The notes below the pieces were generated by a model. That model did not search any database, was not told the origin of the DNA, and was given only the letters and a program-made list of their open reading frames with translations. The position numbers and the translations under genes are program-made. A DNA stretch of 64,000 nt, from the NCBI GenBank assembly GCA_013239625.1, contig MU054212.1:2170001-2234000 (forward strand), given 5' to 3'. This DNA is from Lama guanicoe. Its lineage: Eukaryota. Positions 24,786 to 37,790 of the stretch are shown piece after piece (positions within the stretch are counted from its first letter, which is position 1; each line of letters opens with the position of its first letter).

Positions 24786-26325
24786 GTCTGCCATTCACCA
24801 GACCTTGGAAGTCACTGCTCCATCCTAATAACAAGTAAAAAGTCCCAAAACACAAAATTTCACAGGTTTTACAGATCTGCAAATGAAGGAAGGTCACATG
24901 GCAAACTGCTGCCCCCTAATTGGAGAGGCAGATATGTAGAGACAGAGAGTCAGAACTTACCAGAGCAGGAGACTGGTGAGCAGAAAGCTCTGCAGGAACC
25001 AGCGCCAGAGCAGGAAAATCTGAACTGTAACTGACAAATTGCTGGAGGCTCCATGAGGGCAAGTCTGAGTGTCAACTCCAGAGGGTCCCAGTCACAGGGC
25101 AGCCCCACACCTTTTTGAGTTTTACCTCCAGGAGCTCAACCATGTTCTCACAATGACTATCAGAGAAAAATTCCCTCTCAATTCCAGCAGTGGAAGAAGA
25201 AAAGCAACCATTTGGAAATATATCGGAACATTCTGTTCTTCTCAACAAGGTTTGCCCACAGGAAAAACTAGTTAACCAGAGCCTAATCTGCTGGGATTTT
25301 TTCAGAACATAAATTACGCGGGGGAAAGGGAAATACTCAATTCTTGTCCCACCTAGGGGAGGAGGGAGGTGTACTTAGAAACACTTGTCAAGTTCACTGT
25401 CCAAAGACAGGTTCACTGAAAGACCGAGACCTACTCAAAGGACTACATGGTGCTTCCTTGCCACCCACACCACACCACCACATTACTAAAGGCCTGTTTA
25501 CAGCAGTTCCTTTGACCTGGCACATCATGTCCAGCTATCAAAGAAAATTTACAAGACATACCAAAAGGCAAAAAGCACAGTTGAAAGAGAGCACGAATCA
25601 GGACCAAACTCAGATATGGCAGGAATGTTGGAATTTCAGACCAGGAATTGAAAACAACCATGATTAATATACTAAGAGCTCTAATGAGTGAAGTAGACAG
25701 CATACAAGAACAGCTGGAAAACGTAAGCAGAGAGGAAATTCTAGGAAACAATCAAAAAGAAATGCTAGAGATCATAAACACTAATAGAAATGAAGCATAC
25801 CTTTGCTGGTCTCATTAGTAGACTGGATACAGTTGAGAAAAAAAATCTCTGAGGTGGAGGATATGTCAATAAAATCTTCAAAAACTGAAAAGCAAAGAGA
25901 ACAAAGATTAAAAAATTAGGACAGAACATCCATGAACTGTGGGACAACCACAAAAGGTATAATGTACACATAATGGAAATTTCCTAAGGAGAAGAAAGAG
26001 AGAACGGAATAGAAGAGATACTTGAAGCAATAATAGCTAAGAATTTCCCCCAAATTAATGTGAGACACCAAACCACAGATCCAGGAAGCTCAGAGAACAC
26101 CAAACAGGATAAATGACAAAAAGCTACACCTAGGTATATCATTTTCAAACTACAGAGAATCAAAGATAAAGAAAAAAATCCAGAAAGAAGTCAGAGGAAA
26201 GAAATACCTTACCCATAGAAGAGCAAAGATAAGAATTAACATCTGACTTCTCAGAAACCATGCAAGCAAAAAAAGAGTGGAGTAAAATATTTAAAGTGTT
26301 AGGAGGAAAAACCACCAACCTAAAA
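24786..26325 (+). mobile_element. LINE-1 5'UTR remnant plus ORF1 (to RRM/CTD), lacking ORF2, 3'UTR and poly(A)
   Basis: Decayed ORF1 motifs across frames: atagctaagaatttcccc (cf. I.ENFP), cagatccaggaagctcagagaacacca (QIQEAQRTP), acacctaggtatatcattttcaaacta (TPRYIIFKL), aaagataaagaaaaa (KDKEK), gagtggagtaaaatatttaaagtgtta (EWSKIFKVL). Confidence 0.85.
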
Positions 26326-26714
26326 CCAATCTTACATTTTTTGTATGTGATAATGGTATTGCAGTTAAATAGGAGACTGTCTACTTAGGAGACAGATGTT
26401 GAAATAGTAAGGGATGCAGCATAATGACATCTGCAACTTTACTTTCAAATGTACAGGTAAATGTTTTCAATTAGTGGATTTTTTAAAAAATGTCTATTGT
26501 GTTTATAATAACTACAATAGAAAATTACCTATAATAAGAACAAAATAGAGTGTTAAATTATAAAAATAGCATTTTCTGATCTGAGGTCCATAAGAGACCA
26601 TTTCCATCTCTCTAAAATCCAAAGCCCTGCACATCTCAAGAAGGAAATTGTTAATTGATCAAGATAATATAGACTGAAAAGCTAGGTGATTTAGTAGTAA
26701 TAGTTTAGATGCAG

Positions 26715-27430
26715 AAATCCCAGTCCCATGTATTTACCCCAGTGAAATGAAAACATATGCTTTCACACAAAAACATGCATACAAATGTTTATAGGCTGTA
26801 TTTATAGTCACCCCAAACCAGCTCCATCCCAAAAGTCCTCCTATGGGTGAATGGATAATCTGTGTCACATTCATGCAATGGAACACTACTCAGCAATAAA
26901 AATGAATGAACTGCTATGTATGCAACAAGATGGGTGAACTGCAAAAGCATTATACAAAGTAAAAGAAGCCAGATTCAAAAGGTTACACGCTATATGTTTC
27001 CACTTATTTATGACATCCTTCAAAAGACAAAACTAGGGGACAGAGAAGAAATCAACAGTTGCCCTTAGTCAACTACACAGCGCAATCTCTGCTCATGAGA
27101 GAGATTTCTGGGGTGATAGAACTGCTCTGTATTCCAATTGTGACAGTGGTTGCATAAATCTATATATGTGTTAAAATTTTTAGAATTATACACTAAAAAA
27201 AGGTCAAGATTACTATGTGTTAACTTAAAATATAAAAAAAGAAAAAGGAATAAAACTCTGTAACATTTGAATTTGAAAATTCTGATAGAACAAAGATGAA
27301 AGAAGTTGATGGATTATGAGTGCCTTTTAATAACATTAAAATATAACATTATCATCATCTGTAAAAATTCATCAAGTTATACACTTACGACTTGTACACT
27401 TTTCTGAATGTGTGAATGAAAAGTTTAAAA
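26715..27430 (+). mobile_element. Old L1 (L1MB/L1ME-like) 3' end fragments
   Basis: gtatttacccca.tgaaatgaaaacatat..cacacaaaaac; caatggaacactactcagcaataaaaa; aaagaagccagattcaaaagg; aaaattcatcaagttatacactta. Confidence 0.85.
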
Positions 27431-27919
27431 ATACAAAGTTTACTCTAGTAGATGGGCTATTCTACAGCTGAAAATAATGCTTTGATTGAATAATATGATA
27501 GAAATATCCCCTGCAGGTCTAGAGTTACGGCATGATTTCAAACAACTGTAATCTTCTTATTGCTTCAAACTTTTCCTCATTTCAGGGCGGAGTAAGGGCC
27601 CTAACCACTACCTTCCTAAATTTATGGCATGAAGACATGGACGATTCAAATACTCTGGTCTTCTCCACTGTTTATCACTTAAAATATCCCATGACATCTA
27701 TGTGTCTGCTGAGACTGCTGATAGAGCAACTACCACTTCCTTTCACTCTGTGAAAACTTACATTATTATTATGTGCAAACTGGAGTGGGAGTGCTGATCT
27801 GGCCAAATAACTGAGTCTCCATACAATGCCTAATGATCCACATATTCTAGAGCTGAATAATAATGCAGTATGTCTTCTGTTTATACCATGTTTTATATTT
27901 TGGGGGTAAGAATAAAGGA

Positions 27920-28083
27920 AGAAGATATTTATTGAGAGTTTATTAAATGCCAGGCATGGTATTCAGTGTTTTACATTTGTTATTTTATTCAATTCTCACA
28001 ATTACCAGTTTAGCTCAAGGTTATTATCCCCTTTTTCGTGGAAAATGGCTAGATTTTTCCAAGGTCTCAGAACATTTGAATGG
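27920..28083 (-). mobile_element. MIR SINE relic
   Basis: atttattgagagttt..aatgccaggca...ttcaattctcaca...ttattatcccc.ttt. Confidence 0.65.
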
Positions 28084-28606
28084 TGTAACTAGGACCCAGC
28101 TTGGTGAGCTTCGGGACCAGAATTAGCAAGACAGTTATCACCCCAAACCCACTGTGGTGTCAGGAGGCTGTCCAGACCAAAAGTGGTCTCCACCATGAAG
28201 ACAGTTACACATGAAGCCTGTTGCCACTTGTAGGCTGACAATACCTTTTGCCACACAGCTGGATCCACAGAGCTCCTGAGACAAGTGTATGTGCCCCATG
28301 AATGCAGGATGTTTTTGCTCCCAGGGGGTGACTGCATCAGTGATTGACTGAGGCCTTTAGTATCAATACCATGGCACCCCAGCCTCAGGAACACCAAACT
28401 CCAAAAAATCCTATTGCTTCAGATACTCAGCCTGAATTCTGGAAAGTGATGGAAACTTGTCTTCAAGTGACAACCTCCTTACCACAGGACTTATGGACTT
28501 GCATCCTTGGATTTCTTCCATGGACCAATTCCAGCTGTCCTACCTTTTGATGATTTATTTCAGACACCTTCCAGGCTTTACCCCAGAACTTCACCATGAA
28601 AAGACA
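28084..28606. mobile_element. Possible old solo LTR inserted into the MIR
   Basis: Starts TG (tgtaact) exactly where the MIR breaks off and ends CA about 520 bp later, after which a short MIR-like stretch may resume (gcaggaatcc). Family not recognised and no clear TSD. Confidence 0.3.
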
Positions 28607-29700
28607 GCAGGAATCCTAGAGAGTTGTCATGGCAACCCCTAGATATCATCTTCAGAATGCCCCATGGCTGTTGAGTCCAGATTTATCACAATTATGCTTA
28701 TACATGGACGGCAAGCTCTTGCATAGGCAACCAGGCCCCAGTAAATAGACTAATTTGTAATTACGTGGATCACTCTAAGGCTGCTGGCAGCAAGATTTTA
28801 GGGAGCTGCTTTGAATGCTGGCTTACTGGTGGCTGCTTCTCATATTTTCATGGGCCTGTACCTCAAAAGCCAGTGGGGAGTAAAGAGCTAACCAACATTT
28901 GCATTTTGTCAAAAAAAACCCTTCAGAGTCGAGTTTTATGAAGGCATTTCATGAGAAGTTTGTATCAGTGGACCCTTTCTCCCTAAAGTGAAGAGAGAGA
29001 GTCTCATTTCCATTTCCTCTGGTCTCATGCACCACCCTTAAAACAATGGCAGCACAAAACCCAGCTATGCAGTATCTGCTCCCAAGAAGGGTGGTGCTCA
29101 GTCTGCCCAGCATCTTGTGCAGTGGGCGTTCGTCTAGCATTGTCATTGCAATTTTTATTGAATCTCATGATGTGCACAGATGTGCTTGGTAAGCATCCCA
29201 AGAGGAAAAAAGACTCTACTCAACATCCCTGTTCCCAAATGGCACTACCTTACAGAATCACTTTCTGGGCTACGTCCTCTGGGATCCTGCAACCATTTAA
29301 AGTCTCTGGATTTTGGTGTTTTAACAAGGCTTTAATTACTAAGGTAAGTGTATGCACCTGCTAAGGCATTCCTAATTATTTGATAGTGGTGCAGTCTTTC
29401 TCAATACAGCCAGTTTTGTGGTGTAAGCTACACTAATGAAGCACACTGAGAGAACACATTCCCCCAATGTAGGGGAAGCTTATTTAAATTAAATAAATTT
29501 GCAAAGGACTGAACTTTTACCACTGGCCTTAACAATTATGCATCGGTATCTCATGCTGGAAGCCAGTGGGCATGGTGTTGGGGAAAGAGACACTTTTCCC
29601 ATTACTTGTTCTCAAAGTGTCTTTCAGAAAAATTGTCACTCTTAAAATTTTATCCTTTCCAGATTGCTTTACATTCCACTCCTTGTTCCACCCTTGTCTT

Positions 29701-29721
29701 GAAAGAAAGGAAGAAAGGAAA

Positions 29722-29802
<81 letters not shown>

Positions 29803-29804
29803 AA
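29701..29804. repeat. (GAAA)n tetranucleotide microsatellite
   Basis: Directly visible; source of the spurious ERKK/SFFL ORFs. Confidence 0.98.
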
Positions 29805-31771
29805 CTCTAGCTTGCATCTTTTGTTGTTCACTTGGCAACAACTTGTAGAAGCACTGTTTTGACAATGCTGAAATTTTTCTTTTCCACCCGATTTTTACCA
29901 TTGCCACATGTGGTCTGTAGTGGTTTAGTAATAAGATCTTTGCTGTAACATCTGCAAATTAGCACCTTGCATTGCAACCTCTCTGGAAACTTGCTGATGG
30001 TTTGCAATTGTAGTAAGTCAGAGTTGACACTATATCCAAGTGTTTCAAACTTTGCTGTTTTGGACTAAAAAAAGAAGATTCCAACTGCCAGATGGTTTCC
30101 AAATCGCTGTTGGGAGCCACACTAGCGAAACACAGTATCTCATTTCTCAAGCACACACATTCACTTCAGTACACGAAGTTACTGCGGGAAGAAACAGGCA
30201 CTGTTCTAAACCAATTCCATCTATTCTTCTCTGTTCCTTGTCATTTGCCTTTTCTTACGAAATATTCTGGTGAAGTGATCCAGTTCACCAGTTTTCAAAA
30301 GGCTATCTATCATTCACACAATTTTCCATGTAGACATAACAGAACTTCCTTAATCATCTAACTGTCCTGAAATTTTATGCCAATCAAGCTGATTTAAAAA
30401 AAAATTCCAGTAAAACAAGAGCATTCTTTTAAATACACCAATGACCTACTGTTGAAATTTTAAACTATTTACAAATGACAGCCAAGACAAATGAGCAAAA
30501 GGTCAGAACCCATACAAACGAAAAACTGTTGCAAATAGGGGTCAAAGGATTAATAGAGTGTTCAGGCCCCAACTTTGAAGGCTGCTTAAGGATGGCTTTC
30601 AGTTGTGCCAAGGTCCAGACGCTTCACATGCTGCTGTAGTTAGATGGAGCTTATAACCACACAGGTCTAGATTACGCTGCTCTTGTTTTGTCCCACCATC
30701 ACACAGGACTGGAGAATGGAGCAACTGGGGGTGGGTAAGAGCAGAGCAGAAGCACGGTGGCAGGGGCGTGGGTACCAGCAGAGATTGCAGTGCCAGGCAA
30801 ATCGGAAGGCGGTGTGGGCCTCCCAGCTGATTCCTCAGTGTCCTAGAGATTTCTGTTATTAATGTGGCTGGGGGCATGTACTGCTGATAATTACTGCTAG
30901 CTGGAATAATTAATAAGAATAATTGCTCGGCATGGAAAGGGAAAGGGAAGCTCTGGGAGGTGGAAAAAGCAGGCTGGAGGAGCAAGAGACTCCCCAAGCG
31001 CATTTATATAGACAGGAAGTTCAGCGGCAAGCATCCTGAGAATCAAAGAGTTGTCTGGATGCCAAGGGCAAAAGTTACGAGACACCAAGTGAGGCTGAAT
31101 TCAATAGTCTTACCTTGGAATGCAATGGAAAAGAAGCTTGTCATGGCTTCGGTGAGGGGTGACTCCCTTTGGAAATAATAGGTGAAGGTTGTGAAAAAAA
31201 TACAGTGTGAAGGGAATTAAGAAGTGGCTCAAAATGAGCAGACAAGTCTGTTTCTGGCATAAACCCAATAGTAACAGCAGAAGAGAAGCAAAAAAGGAAG
31301 AAAAGTAAGGAATGATGCCCCGGTGAGAGTTTGGGAGAGTTTAATCCCAGCTTGAAAGAGGAGAAAAGCATCCATTAGAAATCAAGCATCGGTGTTGACA
31401 GTCTGTAAAATGACCACAATTTGATGTAATAGGGTGAATTTTGAATAGGGCTGCGTACAGTTGCCAACACAGTCCTTGATATTGCAGCTTTCTACGAATT
31501 ACACTTAAATAGTCCCCCAGAGGCAAGACGAGCATATGCAAAACTTAAAGCAGTGAGGAAACTGGATGTGAAAACTTCAGTACAAGCAGTGTATGGGACC
31601 TGGCAGGGTGAGTTCTGACAATGGCATACAGAGCCCCGGGCCAGGCCCAAGTGCTGGGTGTTCACTGTGACCCTCTGCAGGAGACAGGGCACCCTGTGCA
31701 ACGTTGTGTCACAAGATAAGGAAAGTCCGTGAAGGCCAGGGGTGACTAATGATTATTCCTTTTCCCTACAG

Positions 31772-31921
31772 GAATCATACAGGAAGAGCAATTAAAGCCA
31801 AAAAAAAGATGGAGCTGCCAAATTATCTCTTACCAAACATTCGATGTTAGGCACTGCATTTCACTGGATAATGCTAATCCTCTCTCCATGTTTATAACAT
31901 GCATGGATTACAAATTGTCAG
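31772..31921 (+). other. Candidate 150-nt internal exon with one open symmetric phase-1 frame
   Basis: Branch point ctaat at 31746-31750, AG-free pyrimidine tract ttattccttttccctacag|, donor cag|gtaaga. Open frame IIQEEQLKPKKRWSCQIISYQTFDVRHCISLDNANPLSMFITCMDYKLS is not a protein I recognise. Confidence 0.35.
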
Positions 31922-32854
31922 GTAAGAGAAGGAATGCTGCTAAAACAGTCAATGGCAAGTGTGTGGCGGTGCGGCTAATTCAAGGTCATCCTGCTGCTCA
32001 GTGTGGGGGTGATACTCCCTTCACCAAGCTGCTAGCACCTTGGGGTGGCAGCCCTGCTGGGTCAGGGGCTTGCATGCCCGAGGACAGCTGTTGTCATCTT
32101 GGGTTGAGCGGCTTTGTGTCTTACAGCATTTAGGGAATTCCAAAGGGAAGACTCTGTAATGGCCAGTGGCTTTTGAAAGAATGGCACAGGAGGAGGATAA
32201 GAGAACCAGGCACAAGCCAGACTCCTGGTTTTCAGCCAGAAGACAAGGCCAAGCAGCGCCACAGTGAGAGGGGATGGCTGACATGCCATTAGGGGCAGGA
32301 CTCAGTCACATCACTACGTTCCAAGGAAGCTTTGCCCACCCCAACTGAACGTGGCATTTCTTGGCAAACAAGAATATGAACTGGACCTTGAAGTTGCCCC
32401 CAGGTCTCCACCCAGTGGCACTGAGGAGTGTGGTGGGCCAGCACCCGATGGGGTTGCTGGTATTTATCAACGGCTATGGCAGAGTTAGCAGAATCCAGAG
32501 TAAAGCTGAGTATGCCTTGGAACCCGAGGAAACACTGCAGGTTAGAAATGCATTCAGTTCTTGTTTTTCTCACAGCTCTGAAAAATTAAGAGTTGAGGAA
32601 GTATGAGTAATTACTGGCACAAACAGCTGAACTCAAGTATGTGGACCCACATGGGCTGGGAAGCAGGGCGATAGTGGGAGAGGAAGTGGGGTGGAGCCCA
32701 GGTTTGAAGAAGTCATGAGTCAGTCCTTAAAGAAAAGGTCAGAACACCTCAGCATTCTTGCCATCCTGTCTAACTGCAGAGCATCCAGGACCCCCAGCTC
32801 AATATTCCAGTTTACACTGAAGAACTGAGAGAAAACTCTGTTAGTAGGTGCAAC

Positions 32855-33070
32855 AGAAAGTTCCAGGGCTTTGAAGTCAAACACACATGGAACTAAGTCT
32901 TGGCTCTGCAGCTCATCACAGAGTGATCTTAGACAAGATATTTAACCTCTGTACAGCATGGATGGTAATATGTATCTGGTAGGCCTTGTGTCGGACTGAA
33001 AGTAAAATATGTAACGTGCTCAGCACACTCATTGCCTGGCACATATCAGGCACTCAGGGAATATCAGCTC
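32855..33070 (+). mobile_element. MIR SINE
   Basis: gggctttgaagtcaaacacac.tgg...ggctctgc...gtgatcttagacaagatatttaacctct...tgcctggcacata. Confidence 0.75.
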
Positions 33071-33544
33071 CCACATCCTTCATCCTTCCCAGACTTCCAT
33101 GGCCTTGGTTCCCTACTCTTGCCATCACCATCTCCTTGGCCCTCCGTAAGTGAATAAATAAAAAGTGGAATTATCAGAGGTTTGAAGAGGGGTCCTGATT
33201 ATCTTGCCTTTCAAGATTTGAGCATCAAGTAATTTCTCTTTCCTGGTTATGGTTTCAGGAATTCCCACTCTTGTTCCATCAGAGTAGTGCCCCAGTCTAT
33301 TCAACAGATCTTTACTAAGTACCTCCTATGGATCAGAAGTATGCCTGCTCCTAGCATAACTGATGCCTTCACCTTCTCCAGACACCAAGACCAAAGCTGT
33401 TGCAGGGAGCAAAAAAATTGAGATGAATCTCTTGGCCCCACCCTTCTGAAGGAAGGCATAGTGCCACAGGAGAGTGACTTACAGAGACAGCGGTCGGGAG
33501 AGAAGTCGGTCCTCACCTGGCTCAAAAAATGATCTTATCCCTTA

Positions 33545-33770
33545 ACACTAACTGTTACGATGTGTTCTATACGTCTGGCATTGTTTTAAGTGCTTTCTAT
33601 GTGCTAACCTATTTAATTCCCACAACAAGTCTCGGAGACAGAGATGGTCATCGCTTCATGTCAGAGATGATGAAAATGAAAGACACAGATGCTAAGGACC
33701 TTGTCTGGGTCACAAAGCTAGCTAGTAGTCTGGTTCTGGAGTCCCCCCTCTTGACGTCTACAACATGTAA
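33545..33770 (-). mobile_element. MIR SINE
   Basis: ggcattgttttaagtgcttt...atttaattcccacaacaa...cttgtctgggtcacaaagcta. Confidence 0.7.
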
Positions 33771-36069
33771 TCATGCCATCGTCCACTCCCACCTACTTAC
33801 ATCCTGATCTACAAAAGCAAGGCAGACACATCGCATCTTCCCCACTTCTATACCCAGGCTTCTCTTCAATGACTTCTCTTCCTCTTCAAGGATGCTATTA
33901 GTGTTTATTTTCGTGTAATTTAATCCCTTTTAAAATACTAGCTTGAGAGCAGAGGATACCATATATGTACTGTTTTATATTATCCTGGAGCTGGAACAAC
34001 ATTTTACCATTGTTTAGGTTTTGGCCCAGGTAAACTTCTCCTCTTATATCTCAGTAGAGAGGCCCAAGAAGGCTGTAATAAGTTTCTGAACTATCAAGAG
34101 ACCAGATTCAGCCAAAAGGAAAACTTAGTCAATATTTAAAGAGAATCTTTTCGCTTAGTCCAATCTTAAGACTGAGATGGTCTCAAGCAATATTCTAGCA
34201 GGACCCAGTCCTTCTAACCTAGTTAGCAGAGGAGGGGAATGTGAGTTTCCCAGATGCCTGAGGGTATGGAGTTGCAGGGCAATCTGAAGTCCCAGGGGAA
34301 CCAGTTCCCAAATATAAGTTTTAACTTGTTTACCTTCAGCTTGGAGCCTATGACAATAGTTCCTTTGGGATTCTACAATTGGCACTTAATTTATCCTCAT
34401 CTTCTAGGGATTGGGGCATGTCTCTTTCCAGCTATGCTTAAGGCTGCATTATTTCCCAAAAGCTTTAAAACTGAGCCAAACTGTCCCTGTCCCAGAGGAG
34501 CAAACAAAACACTGGCAAGGAAAGACAACTTTTAAATCTCCCTTCCCCGTGGTCCCTTGGGGACAAAGCCACATCAGAGGGGACTGGTGCTTTAGCCTTC
34601 TTGTCTCCCACTGCCTGGCTCAGACCAAATAGATTTTTCTTTCTTTCCTTCTTCATTTCTGTTTGATGACTTTGAGATCGCTCTCCCTTTTTAGGAAGAC
34701 GGTTCAATTTTACAGATGTAGCAAGAGAATGGTGATGTTTTAAATTAGGATCATGAGGCAGGATAGAGTCTGTTTTACCACCCATATTACCTCCAGTGCT
34801 TAGCAGAGTAGGTGTGCAATGAATAAAGAGAACCAGAAGACAGGACATCTTCTAAGGAGAAGATGTTCTCATATATCCAATCAGAGAGATATCAAATGGC
34901 TAAGTTTTCTAAAAATATCTCTCCCATGATCCTATCTTGTTTTCTTGGCATAAAGTTGGCGGGTCTACATCATTACCAATAGAAATCTTCCCTAAAGACC
35001 TGGGAAGCCAGCAGCCATGCACCACAGGAACAGATATGGTGCAGTGTGGTGAGAATCGTCTGGACATAAAGCTTTCTTGGCTCCCCATCCATGGAGCCAA
35101 GGATAGATCTCTTACCCCATGGGATCTCAGTTTCTTTTTCTTTAGATGGTTCCAGGGCTGATTGGTTTAACCATAACTTCAAGGACTAAGGCTCTCTATC
35201 AACTATATTTCGATTTTTAAAAATTCTAAAGGGAAAAGTAAGAATGGAGTTAAGTTTCTCTCTTCGTTCTCCTTTGCTGTCTTCAGAGCATTGTGTTTTC
35301 CTCCTAGGCTGGTTCCCCTCATGGGCCCAGTACAGCTGCCACAGGTCTCATAGGCAGGTGGCAACATTCCTAAATACAAATAGGAACTTCTTTGGCTTTT
35401 ATCCCATCTCAAGAAAACACAACAGTCCTCCCCTTGTGTCTAACTGGAAAGATTGCATCACAACCACTTGGTATAGATCCACAAAGAATTAGCTCATCGA
35501 AGATTCACCAGCTTGGGCTGGGAGGAGCTCTTCCTTCAATGAGGGCTGGCCTGCTCCAAGAAGGTGAGCACCAGGGAGGTCTGGTATCAAGGGAGAAAGT
35601 AGAGGATGGCTGTCGGCTAGGAGACCAATGGTATATGCACCACAAATACCATGTGATTGGAAGGGAGTAAGAAAAGTGATAAGCAAAATTTGATAAAAGT
35701 AAAGAAGAGTGGAAGAGAGCAGAAAAGGCCAGGCTCCCGCATGAGGAGTCCTTGAAAGGCAGGACTGTCATGTCACAGATGTTTATCTGAAGGTCCCAGG
35801 TCTGCCCCACCTGCCCCCATGTTTAACTGCCTGGGCAGCAGGCCTCCTCTGGCTGCAGGTCAAAGAGACTTTATGCAAATTTGTTAGGGATGAAAAGGGA
35901 CTTGCTTTAGCATTTTCGTGCATTTCCATAGGGATCCCAAGCAGGATTAGATCAACTGTGCTGCTTTTTTTCTACACAAGAGCAGAGGTGACAGTCCTAC
36001 GCCCTGGGAGAGCAGTCCTCTTAGAGCTACTTTCCACTTCCCTCCATGCCACGTTCTTTTTTTCCTTCC

Positions 36070-36370
36070 AGGTATTTGCACATGTCATTCCATCTGCTTG
36101 GAACTCCTTTCCCCCTACCTCTGGCTTATTCTTTTCAAACCTTAAAGCTTAGCTTGTGTCCCTTCTGTGGTCTCCAAGATTCTGGATTCACTCTGGCCTT
36201 TCACTGAACCACAAATTGTACTTTATTATAATCGCCTGTTTTCTTGTCTGTCCCCTCTACTAGGTGGTATACTTCTTAAGAACAAGGGCCATGTCAGGTA
36301 CACGCCTATTCCTGACACACAGCAGAGGCATCTTGCATTCATGGGGGCTTAAAACATGTTTGTTAATGAA
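36070..36370 (+). mobile_element. L2 LINE 3' fragment
   Basis: tttgcacatgtcattccatctgcttggaa...tgtctgtcccctctactag...aagggccatgtc...catgtttgttaatgaa. Confidence 0.7.
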
Positions 36371-36584
36371 AAAATTCTCAATAGGAATAGACATTAAGAA
36401 AAACGTTAAAATTTGTGGTCAAGGCTTTGGAACTAACAGTATCATCGAACTTTTAAACATGAAAACATGACATAGTTTGGTTCTAAAAAGAATCACTTCT
36501 CCCTGTAGGAAACTTGCCTGAGATGGCAGCTCTGTGCCTAATCTGGAACCCACTGCATGGGAATGATGCCTCCTGTAGGTTTTA

Positions 36585-36610
36585 GTGTGTGTGTGTGTGT
36601 GTGTGTGTGT
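36585..36610. repeat. (GT)13 microsatellite
   Basis: Directly visible. Confidence 0.95.
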
Positions 36611-36759
36611 CTGTTAGGGAGGACCTGGCTGCTTTCATTTTTTTCTCAGATCAGTTAGATTTAATATGGTCCTTTCTATCTTCTTGTCTTAAATCTAAAA
36701 TAGATCTACACTGGTAGAATGCCTGATGGTGGTAGTGAGTATGGGGTGAAGAAATGTTT

Positions 36760-37790
36760 TCTTTCCTTCCTTCCTTATTTCCTTCCTTCCACTGATAAAT
36801 TATTGCAACTACTATGTGAAGAGCACTCTGCTAGTTTCAGCAGTACAGTGGGGAATCAAAAAAATAAATATACTTGGGCTTAATGGAATTTATCCTTTAA
36901 CAGTGAAATTATATTTTAAATCAGCAACAGCTTGGAGCAGAGGGAGGGGAGCAGGCACTTCCAAGAAGAGAAGGGAATTCCCACTTGGCAGGGGGGATCC
37001 AAAGGCGCATCTCTGGCCCTTCTCCCCAGGGCTTATGCTTCTCCCCAGGGTGGAGGAGTGAACTGTCTGGTGAGAGGAAGGAGGAACTGAGCATGCCCCT
37101 TGGGCTCCCTCCCTCCCTCGGCCCCTCCTTTCCCTAGGCTGGCTTCACCCAGCCCCACACTCCCTTCTGCCTGCAGAAGGCAGCCTGCCCCTCTGATCCC
37201 ACAATGATTCTAAGTGTGATGCTGTGTTACTAAGACATGCTGGCACCATGGGAAGTAGATAACCCAAGAGACCAAATTTATTTTAGGGAATCAGAGAAAT
37301 CTTCTAGAGGAAGTACACTTAAGCTGAGACCAGAAAACGAAGAGCAGACAGTAAGGATCTATGCTTGTGTGGGAGACTGTGTGGTTGGGAAGGGAGTCCT
37401 GAGCTTGGAGAACACCTGTGAAAGGTGAATGAAGAGAAGGAATGGCTCATGCTATTATAATCTTCTTCCTGGCCTCTGACCTGGTGTTAGAAAGGGTCAT
37501 ATCTCAGTTTGGGATAGAGGCGACGTTTATGTGCTTACTCAATCCTTCATTCATTCATGCAACCTACAGCCACTCTCCTAGGTGAAGGGAATAAAATTCT
37601 GAGTTAGACCCAGTCCCTGATCTCAGGCAGCTGTCACTGACTGGGGATGCAGATGTGTAAATAAGTTTGTTCATAAAACAGTACAGGTGCTCTGCTGGAA
37701 GACAATGGTACAGGATTTATGAGTGGTGAAGGGAGGTATGTCACAAGAGGTAAACAAGAAGTGACACTCGAGCTGAATGTTGGAAAAAAG
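36760..37790 (-). mobile_element. L2 LINE fragments (discontinuous, with an unrelated GC-rich insert at ~36930-37200)
   Basis: aaattattg.aactactatgtg; agggaatcagagaaatcttctagaggaagt..acttaagctgagacc; tcattcattca; cagtccctgatctcagg.agct. Confidence 0.55.

Noticed and set aside
29529..29907. Four overlapping ORFs with ERKK or SFFL repeats
   Set aside because: Translations of the (GAAA)n microsatellite.
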